Below, one piece after another: positions 1 to 7,297 of a stretch of 47,597 bases of DNA (positions are counted from its first letter, which is position 1; each line of letters begins with the position of its first letter). The notes beneath the pieces are model-generated. The model was not told where the DNA came from, made no database searches, and saw only the letters and a list, made by a program, of their open reading frames with translations. The translations under genes were made by a program, and so were the position numbers. Source of the DNA: a virus; UHGV virus genome UHGV-1361682, one strand, 5' to 3'.

Positions 1-54
1 ACCACCCGGTGTGTGGTCTGTGTGACCACCCGGTGTGTGGTCTGTGTGACCACC
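1..54. repeat. Left inverted terminal repeat: two tandem copies of a 24-mer ACCACCCGGTGTGTGGTCTGTGTG plus ACCACC
   Basis: Bases 1-54 are the exact reverse complement of bases 47544-47597. The internal 24-bp tandem duplication is read directly from the sequence. Confidence 0.9.
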
Positions 55-83
55 AGTGCTTGTCAGCACTACACCAGTGCTTT

Positions 84-270
84 GTGGTGGATACCACCAG
101 CGTCAGGTGGTGGATACCACCAGCGCTGTACCGTGGATACTCCGGGGATACCACCGCCATATGCCCGCGGATACCACCCGCCTATATAAGATATGTCTGA
201 TGCCACTGCACCCGCATGAGGCTGGGGATACGCTGGGATACCACAGGCTTTAGCCCGTGGATACCACACG
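84..270. repeat. Array of about 8 direct copies of GGATACCAC(C), including a 19-bp tandem pair GTGGTGGATACCACCAGCG at 84-102 and 107-125
   Basis: GGATACCAC occurs at 89, 112, 146, 169, 236 and 259, with variants GGATACTCC at 135 and GGATACGCT at 226. The GGTGGATACCACC core is quasi-palindromic. No ORF covers the array. Confidence 0.8.
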
Positions 271-350
271 TGCTTGACCAGCGGGATGCTGTGTCAACAC
301 CCGGGCTGTGGATATGCGGTGTTGTTTAACCATTGTCTACAAAATAGTGC

Positions 351-378
351 TTGACACCGGTGATAGCACGTGTACAAT
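351..378 (+). promoter_or_regulatory. Sigma70-type early promoter: TTGACA-16 nt-TACAAT
   Basis: TTGACA at 351-356 and TACAAT at 373-378. It lies upstream of the first gene (465) and carries the conserved TGTACAATG core. Confidence 0.6.
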
Positions 379-464
379 GCTCTCCATGGTGATCGATGAC
401 TGACGGGCCACCGGCCCTACGATCACCACACAACACAACACAACACACTTGAAGGAACCACATC

Positions 465-785
465 ATGTACACCCACGATAACGCCGTTGCCATCACCGCT
501 GAACTGGCTGAAGTCATCGTCAACACCGCCGACAAACACCACATCACCCGTGATGGGAATACTGTTCGTGCACTGGCATTCGGTGCTGATCGGAACCAAG
601 CCCGTATCGTCCGCATCGCTGGTGTCAACGGTGGTGCTGATCTGGTGTCAGTCACCGTGTCTGGTCCCGTGGTACGCCGTGTGCTGGACCGTGATGACTA
701 CATCATCATGGCTGGTATCGATGACACCGCCGACGTGAACGTTGAGGATGTTGCCAACCGTCTGATTGCTGCACTGGAAGCTTGA
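465..785 (+). CDS. Hypothetical early protein, 106 aa, strongly acidic (net about -10); first gene of the genome
   Basis: ORF track. RBS GAAGGAA is 7 nt upstream. The gene lies downstream of the promoter at 351-378. Confidence 0.6.
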   Translation: MYTHDNAVAITAELAEVIVNTADKHHITRDGNTVRALAFGADRNQARIVRIAGVNGGADLVSVTVSGPVVRRVLDRDDYIIMAGIDDTADVNVEDVANRLIAALEA

Positions 786-803
786 CACTCCCGACGAACG
801 GTA

Positions 804-831
804 TTGACACGGATTCTGACTGCTGTACAAT
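804..831 (+). promoter_or_regulatory. Sigma70-type early promoter: TTGACA-16 nt-TACAAT
   Basis: TTGACA at 804-809 and TACAAT at 826-831. The TGTACAATG core is identical to that of the 351-378 promoter. A second TTGACA lies at 782-787. Confidence 0.6.
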
Positions 832-883
832 GTTGATCATGGTAGTTGATACCACCGCCCCCAAACCCTCCTGGAGAACTGAC

Positions 884-1000
884 ATGGAACTCGATCTGAT
901 CACCGCCGCACTGCTGACCGTCTACGCTGTTGTGCTGGTTACCGTGTTGAGCATCTGCTTTGCTGCTGCTCGCTCGGATGACATGCACGGTGAACGTTGA
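884..1000 (+). CDS. Small hydrophobic membrane protein, 38 aa (MELDLITAALLTVYAVVLVTVLSICFAAARSDDMHGER)
   Basis: In frame within track ORF 782..1000. The start is moved to ATG 884, downstream of promoter 804-831, with GGAG 7 nt upstream. Confidence 0.45.
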   Translation: MELDLITAALLTVYAVVLVTVLSICFAAARSDDMHGER

Positions 1001-1049
1001 ACCCGGCTTTGCCACGTCTATAGCAACCGCACAACACAAGGACTGAATC

Positions 1050-1223
1050 ATGATCGCACAACAGACCAACCGTGGCAACAAGCTCTACAGCCCCGCTGCT
1101 ATGTACATCGCCGCCCGTGAAGGCCGTACCGGCAAGCGCACCCCGAAGGCTGCTGCTATCCGTGTTGCCAAAGCCGCTGCACATGAGCGTTTGACAATCT
1201 CCCACAAAACATTTACAAAATAA
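1050..1223 (+). CDS. Small basic protein, 57 aa (MIAQQTNRGNKLYSPAAMYIAAREGRTGKRTPKAAAIRVAKAAAHERLTISHKTFTK)
   Basis: Hand-translated; it falls below the 60-aa cut-off of the ORF track. AAGGA is 8 nt upstream of the ATG. Confidence 0.4.
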   Translation: MIAQQTNRGNKLYSPAAMYIAAREGRTGKRTPKAAAIRVAKAAAHERLTISHKTFTK

Positions 1224-1255
1224 TAACACCTGATCCCTTGACTTGATGTACAATG
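1191..1255 (+). promoter_or_regulatory. Possible third early promoter(s): TTGACA 1191-1196 with a weak -10, and a third TGTACAATG core at 1247-1255 lacking a good -35
   Basis: The conserved TGTACAATG nonamer occurs a third time here. The -35 match is poor, so this is a weaker call. Confidence 0.35.
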
Positions 1256-1704
1256 GCTTCACGGTGAACGAAACGGAGTAAGACACAAGACACACAACAC
1301 AGTACACATACACTGGGGCAGTGACAGTGCCCCACAATATGTGGACTTAGTGGACGCCGGCCTGATGGCCAGATGATCCAAATCAGACCACATAGCGGTA
1401 CCAGTACCATCTGACAGGTTGCTGTTCTTGGACCGGGAAAACACTGGAAGGGCTGCACGGCACGCCCGACAGATAGTGCCAACCACCGCCGCGGGAATGG
1501 GTTCTAATGCAACCCCCGGCCGCCCTCTAGAGGGTCTACCGGAAAGCGGACATCGCAAGCGCTCTGATGAGCCCCGATGAGATGCAAAGGATGCATACCA
1601 ATGAGTGCTGCACGGTGTTGACACCAGTGCCCGCCCTCATCGATCTGCGTCCTCTGACGCCGCAACCACCGCCCCAGCGAGGGGCACATCTCGGAGTAAA
1701 CATC

Positions 1705-2238
1705 ATGGCTAACATCATCACCGACACCAAACGTCTTGGTCAACTCATCCGCATCATCGGCCAGCGTGGTCCCCAGTGGACCGAGATGGTCCAGACTGCT
1801 GCTGTATCGGCAACGATCATCGCCCGCCAGCACGGTCAGATTGGACCGATCAACAGCTTGCTGAAAGCAATGGCCGGTGCCCCTGCCAACACCCACAAGC
1901 TTCTGACCGCATGGCTGTACCGCAACGCCCCGATTGCCCCGCTGTCCGACGCCCTGCGCAAGGACTATGAGGCAATGCAGCGCGGTGAGACTGTCAAGTT
2001 CAGCAAGCCCAGCGCCCGGAAGGTTGCCGAATGGACCCCCGATGCTGATCTGCTGAACGACAAATGGGACGCCAAGCCGGAGAAGGTCAAGGAAGCACCG
2101 GTGTCGTGGGACGCTGCCAAAGCCGTCGAGGGACTGGCTAAACGCCTAACCACGGCCGCCGAATCCGGCCTGACCATCATCCACAAGGACGAAGCAATCA
2201 AAGCGCTGGAAGCCCTTCTGGCCAGCCTGAAAGCCTGA
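1705..2238 (+). CDS. Hypothetical protein, 177 aa
   Basis: Track ORF 1567..2238. The start is moved to ATG 1705 (GGAG 8 nt upstream), because the 1224-1704 upstream region looks noncoding and carries promoter-like sequence. Confidence 0.5.
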   Translation: MANIITDTKRLGQLIRIIGQRGPQWTEMVQTAAVSATIIARQHGQIGPINSLLKAMAGAPANTHKLLTAWLYRNAPIAPLSDALRKDYEAMQRGETVKFSKPSARKVAEWTPDADLLNDKWDAKPEKVKEAPVSWDAAKAVEGLAKRLTTAAESGLTIIHKDEAIKALEALLASLKA

Positions 2239-2331
2239 TCCTGAACCACTGATCCCTGATCTGTAGCTCAACCGCCCCTGCTTGTCTTCTGATCGGCAGG
2301 GGCTTCGTCATGACCGACTGACTGAACAACC

Positions 2332-2565
2332 ATGAACACTACCACGAAGTTTGCACAAGTGCAAGAACGCCAATGGGTTGATCTGTGGCTGACTGGAACA
2401 CAGGCGTACCGGGGCAAGGCATTCCTCATGTCCAACCGCCCGGGCGAATCGGACACCGTCCTTGTACAGCTCCACCGCAAGGCCGGGCTGGTCATCGAAT
2501 CGCACCCGTACAGCCGTGTACGGTTCATGCAAGCCACCGAACGGCCCGGTTTCCGGTGGGCCTGA
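2332..2565 (+). CDS. Hypothetical protein, 77 aa
   Basis: ORF track. No strong SD is present. Confidence 0.35.
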   Translation: MNTTTKFAQVQERQWVDLWLTGTQAYRGKAFLMSNRPGESDTVLVQLHRKAGLVIESHPYSRVRFMQATERPGFRWA

Positions 2566-2703
2566 TGGGTTGAAACTGCAACTGCACCAACTGAATCCCT
2601 TGCCAATGCCCCTACGGCTTGAATACAGCCCCGTGGAGGCGTTTTCTGATCCGGGTAGGGTGATTGCCTTACCAGCCACTTCCAATCGATTCTAGAGGCT
2701 TCT

Positions 2704-3021
2704 ATGCGGTTTGACATCACACCGAGCGTACGGCACCTGATGAAAGCTATGGCTGCCCCAGCCACGGCCACCGAAATCGTGATGTCCGTGGGCCAGTGGC
2801 GGTTGTACTGGGGACAACAGCGTAAGCTACGCATGACCCTGACACCCGCCTATGGTGGCAAGTCATGCATCGTACGCGTTTCAGACAAAGGCTTGACGGC
2901 GTACAAGAATGAGATAAGTACCTGTTTTCCAACGGAAAAGGACTCTCTACTTCAAGTGCTGCATGAGCACTTCAACAGGCATGCACGCACCGCCTGTGAT
3001 GGCGCACTTGCAAAAGCGTAG
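2704..3021 (+). CDS. Hypothetical protein, 105 aa
   Basis: ORF track. AGAGG is 5 nt upstream of the ATG. Confidence 0.45.
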   Translation: MRFDITPSVRHLMKAMAAPATATEIVMSVGQWRLYWGQQRKLRMTLTPAYGGKSCIVRVSDKGLTAYKNEISTCFPTEKDSLLQVLHEHFNRHARTACDGALAKA

Positions 3022-3412
3022 ACGACGTGGCATACTCACGAATGCTAGAAGTGCGTAGTCAGACGATTCCATGTGGCTTACTGGTTTCAGCCCGCATCCC
3101 GTCTGGTCAGGCAACGGCCCCGCTCTTGGCCCACCTTGTGGCGGGAACTCCCCCTGACAAAACGCACCTTGACTTCCCTGTCGGAACGGGGAAGGGTCTA
3201 GAAATCCTTCACCGGGTGATGGGCAAGCGAAGCTTTGCCCTTAAGTCACTTGGGGGGGTAGGGGGGGTGTGTCCAAAAACAACGCCGTAGGCGTCCGTAT
3301 CGATCGTTGTTTGAGGTGCGGAGCACCGAGCGATCGAACAGGTACAAGGCCGGTGCAAACACCGGAACAACACAACCGAAGAACAGATCAAACACAATAC
3401 AAGGCACAGATC

Positions 3413-4015
3413 ATGGAAACAAAACACACGGTTGAAATCACCCCTGAAACACCAGTACAACACATCACCGTAGCAGAAGTGATAACACAACCCAACGGCT
3501 GTGTTAGAACCTATGTGGGCAGTATACCCACAGAGTGGGTGGAACGGATTCTGCAAAACGAAGAAGACACAGATCATCCAACACCCCTGCAGGCGTACTA
3601 CAAAGCCGTAGAACTGGATAACCCAATGGGTAGCAAGATCAGAATCTACAGTGCTAACAACAGCCTTGATGCGGTGTTGTTAGCACTTCAGTACCTGACT
3701 GAACCGGATGGAACACTGACTGCAGAAGCGGATGAACTGTGGAGTAAACACTTCTACAACACCGGGTACATTGATGGTACATGGGTGTTGTACGGCAGAA
3801 CCTTCGCTGATGATGAACGTGTTGGACAAGCTATTGCTGACAAGCTTGGCAACGGTTTTGACAGGTTCGATGGAATGGCTTTGCAACAGGTTATCTACGA
3901 ATCTACACAAGGCAGGGGTGTGTTGGGTACCAAAGCCAATCTGTTGGATTGGTACAGAAACAGAACCCGTGTAGGGTCCTTGGCTGAAGAACTTCGTGAT
4001 ACGTACCTGTTCTAA
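3413..4015 (+). CDS. Hypothetical protein, 200 aa
   Basis: Track ORF 3269..4015. The start is moved to ATG 3413, after a CA-rich leader, with AAGG 8 nt upstream. A hairpin follows the stop. Confidence 0.5.
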   Translation: METKHTVEITPETPVQHITVAEVITQPNGCVRTYVGSIPTEWVERILQNEEDTDHPTPLQAYYKAVELDNPMGSKIRIYSANNSLDAVLLALQYLTEPDGTLTAEADELWSKHFYNTGYIDGTWVLYGRTFADDERVGQAIADKLGNGFDRFDGMALQQVIYESTQGRGVLGTKANLLDWYRNRTRVGSLAEELRDTYLF

Positions 4016-4078
4016 CCGGGCAGTGATACGCCGCCGTGAGGCGGCACTTCACTGAACTGTTGTATGAGGATTGAACCA

Positions 4079-4288
4079 ATGAAAGACGTGATTGACACTG
4101 TAATGGCAACGGGTGCAGTCGTGCTGATGCTGGGCTTGGCCCTGTTGCTGAACCCGGTAACCATCGTTGTGATGTTCTTAATCAACCCATCGGTTGCTGT
4201 TCTGCTTCTGATCTTGGCACTTGTGCTGGGTCTGTTGGGCAGCCTGACTGGTGCAGTCCTTGGGGGTGTTTCGAAATGGATATCCTGA
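4079..4288 (+). CDS. Small membrane protein, 69 aa, two predicted TM helices
   Basis: In frame in track ORF 4064..4288. GAGGA is 8 nt upstream of ATG 4079. The sequence is very hydrophobic. Confidence 0.5.
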   Translation: MKDVIDTVMATGAVVLMLGLALLLNPVTIVVMFLINPSVAVLLLILALVLGLLGSLTGAVLGGVSKWIS

Positions 4289-4443
4289 TCGTCGTGGCGT
4301 CTGTGGGCGCCCTGATTGCATTTGAGTATGGCCGCAAGGCCAATGATCCCGCCCTCAAGGCGGATGCCCACGGTACAGCGGCTGGCCTGATAGCCATCGC
4401 CGCTGTGCTGGCTGTGTTGAACCTGTTCCTTTGCAATGCGTGA
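4276..4443 (+). CDS. Small membrane protein, 55 aa (MDILIVVASVGALIAFEYGRKANDPALKADAHGTAAGLIAIAAVLAVLNLFLCNA)
   Basis: Hand-translated; below the track cut-off. It overlaps the end of the previous gene. Confidence 0.4.
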   Translation: MDILIVVASVGALIAFEYGRKANDPALKADAHGTAAGLIAIAAVLAVLNLFLCNA

Positions 4444-4450
4444 GGCGAGT

Positions 4451-4555
4451 ATGTACCCGGATGACACACTCGAAGACACAGGCTTTGCAAGCCTGTTGAT
4501 CCTTGGCTTTGTTGTGCTGGTGTCGGTCTTGGCACTGGCCATCTTCGGAGAATGA
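4451..4555 (+). CDS. Tiny hydrophobic peptide, 34 aa (MYPDDTLEDTGFASLLILGFVVLVSVLALAIFGE)
   Basis: Hand-translated. It fills the gap between neighbouring genes. Low confidence because of its size. Confidence 0.3.
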   Translation: MYPDDTLEDTGFASLLILGFVVLVSVLALAIFGE

Positions 4556-4556
4556 C

Positions 4557-4868
4557 ATGAGAGCAGACAAAGACCCCGTGCAGGCACGGGCTTGGGACCT
4601 TTGGCAATGGGGCTACGACGTGTCAGAACGGCCTCTACGGCGTTTTCTGATCGAGCATGAGGGTGACACCATAGAGCTGTCCAAGGACGGCTTGTACGCC
4701 TTCCTGACGCTTTACATCAGCCGTGGTGAAGAGTTTCCACGGGTGTGGCGTATCCCCATGCAGTATTACTGGAACGATCAGAAGACGGCAATCGACTTGC
4801 TGGTGTCGGTGCTGAAGGATGTGGAACGCTTCGGTATCCCCGAAGACGCAGAGCGTGTTTACGAATGA
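4557..4868 (+). CDS. Hypothetical protein, 103 aa
   Basis: Track ORF 4503..4868. The start is moved to ATG 4557, with GGAG 6 nt upstream. Confidence 0.5.
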   Translation: MRADKDPVQARAWDLWQWGYDVSERPLRRFLIEHEGDTIELSKDGLYAFLTLYISRGEEFPRVWRIPMQYYWNDQKTAIDLLVSVLKDVERFGIPEDAERVYE

Positions 4869-5113
4869 GGTGGATCATGATCTGGACATTGCTTGGAAGC
4901 AGCGTGGGTTGCTGGCTGATCGCAGAGTATGCACACCATCTGGCAGAGCGTACTCGCAACGAAGCGGACTACACGTGGTCCGCACCGCGCCGCAAGGCGC
5001 TGTACCGCTTGGCAGCCAAGATGAACAACGCCGGACGGTTGGCCGTCGGCCTGCTTGCCGTTAACCTGTTGTGGGCGCTGTTTGAACTGTTGAAGCTTGG
5101 GGGGGTGCTGTGA
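4865..5113 (+). CDS. Small membrane protein, 82 aa (two hydrophobic segments)
   Basis: In frame in track ORF 4745..5113. An ATGA overlap with the previous stop suggests translational coupling. Confidence 0.45.
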   Translation: MRWIMIWTLLGSSVGCWLIAEYAHHLAERTRNEADYTWSAPRRKALYRLAAKMNNAGRLAVGLLAVNLLWALFELLKLGGVL

Positions 5114-5472
5114 GCAAGCTCATCGTACCGCGTAAAACGGCCCACAAGGCTATGGCACGGGGGTATAGTACCGACACCTTCGAGCACTTCAGAAAACGCG
5201 TCTACGGGGCTGTAAAGGCTTCTGAAGGGCATGTGCAGTACCTCGAAGTGGACGTGCCCGCCGAAATGGGCTACGCAGTGGCCCAAACGAAGGATGGCCT
5301 GATGTTCAGCCAAGGTGCTGGGAAGGTTGAACTGCGAGTCACCCTGCCCATGGCGCCCCCGGTTGCCCGTGTCATCCTGGAAGACTTGCAGAAGGTGGAG
5401 CGGGGCATCCCCCCTGCTCTGTGTCACATGTTCATCAAAGGCGTGCAGAACGCCATCCGGAGCGCATCGTGA
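5110..5472 (+). CDS. Hypothetical protein, 120 aa (GTG start)
   Basis: ORF track. The GTG overlaps the previous stop, and a G-rich SD lies upstream. Confidence 0.45.
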   Translation: MSKLIVPRKTAHKAMARGYSTDTFEHFRKRVYGAVKASEGHVQYLEVDVPAEMGYAVAQTKDGLMFSQGAGKVELRVTLPMAPPVARVILEDLQKVERGIPPALCHMFIKGVQNAIRSAS

Positions 5473-6089
5473 AGTTCGAGTTTAAGCACGACGATTACAG
5501 CACGTACACCTTCCGGGCGTACGAGACCAAGTATGACCTTGCTGACCCATCCTATGACCGTGAAGTCGTGCGCATCTACAAGCTTGACACGGACACCATG
5601 ACGCTGGCCATCAGCAAAGCGGAGTATGCGGAACCGACTGTATACCTGCTTGATCAGGATGAGCGGAAGTTCGCGACACATACCCAAGTGTTCGAGCACC
5701 TGTTCATGACGGCGTTCGATCAGTCAAGCCCACCGGCGGACATGGAGCTGTCAGCTGTGCTGAACAGCCAGCTGGGTCAGGTGAAGCTGGTCGGGAACAC
5801 CCTTGAATTCCCAGACGGTATCGAGGTGCATGTCACCATGACGGCGGTCGATGGGGAAGCCATCGTGGCATATAGCCGTAACGGCGATGTGTTCCACAGC
5901 ACAGACGTAACGTACGCCGGGTCTCCGATAGTAAAGAACGTCTGGGCAGCCCTGTTCCCCGAGCGCTTCCAGCGGGACGCTGAGGAAGAGAAAGCACTGG
6001 CGATTGCTGAGCTGGAGAATGCAGTCCGTGCAGCCCGGCTTACGCTAGAACTGAATACTGAAAAACTGAAGAGATTGCAGAATGGATGA
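5469..6089 (+). CDS. Hypothetical protein, 206 aa
   Basis: Track ORF 5421..6089. GTG 5469 is chosen (GGAG 9 nt upstream, GTGA overlap with the previous stop). ATG 5421 is an alternative. Confidence 0.45.
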   Translation: MKFEFKHDDYSTYTFRAYETKYDLADPSYDREVVRIYKLDTDTMTLAISKAEYAEPTVYLLDQDERKFATHTQVFEHLFMTAFDQSSPPADMELSAVLNSQLGQVKLVGNTLEFPDGIEVHVTMTAVDGEAIVAYSRNGDVFHSTDVTYAGSPIVKNVWAALFPERFQRDAEEEKALAIAELENAVRAARLTLELNTEKLKRLQNG

Positions 6090-6666
6090 CGAACTTGAAG
6101 TATTCGCCCAAGGGATTCTGAAGTTTGACACGCTGCGGGTAACCGAAGTTGGCGACGCAAGCCGTATGCCTGACGGCGTTGATATCACCGTTGGTGCCGG
6201 CAACCGCTGGTTTGGTATCGAGGTGTTGCGTCGCGGGCTTCTGTACTACAAACAGTTCGGAGACGCGGACACGGACCAGCCCAGCTTTGACGCCAAAGCT
6301 TGGGCGGACCGGGCAGAAGAGGTCCTCAACGGCTCAACTGCGCGGGCGCTTATGCTGCTGTTCCATTGCACAGCAGCTGTCAGCAGTATGAACGCGCAAG
6401 TGTACCAGATCGTTTACGAGAATATCGATTGGTATGAGGAGGAATATGGCGCACCGCCCGTAGCTGACCCCCATGACAAGTCCCTTGTAAGCCTATTTGA
6501 CACCACGAATGAGGCTTACCTGCTTCTGCAATTCAAGGAGCCTAAGTACGCCGACACCTTCAACATGGCGATGCAGCGTGCGGTGGAACACGGGCATGAC
6601 CTCAATGACGTGATCCAAGACCTTGGCATGTGCTTGAACATGCTTGACCAATACGATTTAGACTGA
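6082..6666 (+). CDS. Hypothetical protein, 194 aa
   Basis: ORF track. It overlaps the previous stop. Confidence 0.5.
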   Translation: MDDELEVFAQGILKFDTLRVTEVGDASRMPDGVDITVGAGNRWFGIEVLRRGLLYYKQFGDADTDQPSFDAKAWADRAEEVLNGSTARALMLLFHCTAAVSSMNAQVYQIVYENIDWYEEEYGAPPVADPHDKSLVSLFDTTNEAYLLLQFKEPKYADTFNMAMQRAVEHGHDLNDVIQDLGMCLNMLDQYDLD

Positions 6667-6678
6667 AAGAGGAAGATC

Positions 6679-7254
6679 ATGGCTGAACTGAAACTGACCC
6701 AAGAACAAGCCGCCTTCTACAAGGACATTGATGCCCACAAGTTGGCTGGCGATAAGCTGCGCCCACAGTTCGTCCACAACGGCCGCACCCTGCAGGTATA
6801 CCCCTATGAAACGTGGGATGCTGATGTGATTCTGATTGAAGGTGGCCAGGTTGCCCCATTCCATGAACTGGCTTTTCTCAACATCCCCGAAACCAAAGGG
6901 TTGAATGCTGCGGCGGTTCTGGCTAAGGTAGTGGCAGCGGCGAAGGCGCAGTACAAGTCCGCTGAAGATTCCCAGCGCTTCATCCTGCACTGGGCTCCGG
7001 ATGTGCCTTACTGGTCAGTGACTACTGCAAGCGACGCGTACACAAACCTCGAAGCTGCCAGCCCCGATGGGGAAATGCATATGGTGCTTGCTGCTACTGG
7101 TGACAGCACCAAAGTGCGTATCCACCTGCCGAAAGGTCGAGCCGGTGTCCAGATGACTGTAGGCGCCCCGCTGCGGTGTGATCCTATTGGCCTGTCTGGA
7201 ATCGTCCGCACTGCCCTGATCCGACTGGAAAAAGGCAGCTTCACCCACGTCTGA
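6679..7254 (+). CDS. Hypothetical protein, 191 aa
   Basis: ORF track. A strong RBS, AAGAGGAAG, lies 3 nt upstream of the ATG. Confidence 0.6.
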   Translation: MAELKLTQEQAAFYKDIDAHKLAGDKLRPQFVHNGRTLQVYPYETWDADVILIEGGQVAPFHELAFLNIPETKGLNAAAVLAKVVAAAKAQYKSAEDSQRFILHWAPDVPYWSVTTASDAYTNLEAASPDGEMHMVLAATGDSTKVRIHLPKGRAGVQMTVGAPLRCDPIGLSGIVRTALIRLEKGSFTHV

Positions 7255-7297
7255 TCAAAACCCAATCAAAACCTGAACTCAACAAGGAACCTGAATC

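Noticed and set aside
1340-1560. Possible tRNA or small RNA in the long early noncoding region (GGGTTCTAATGC resembles a T-loop)
   Set aside because: No acceptor-stem / anticodon-arm cloverleaf could be folded around it by eye. A tRNAscan run would be needed to support it.
3027-3290. 87-aa ORF with a G-rich 3' end
   Set aside because: The translation is low-complexity (GGVGGV from the G7 tracts) and no RBS is present. It is kept only as a doubtful ORF, not a feature.
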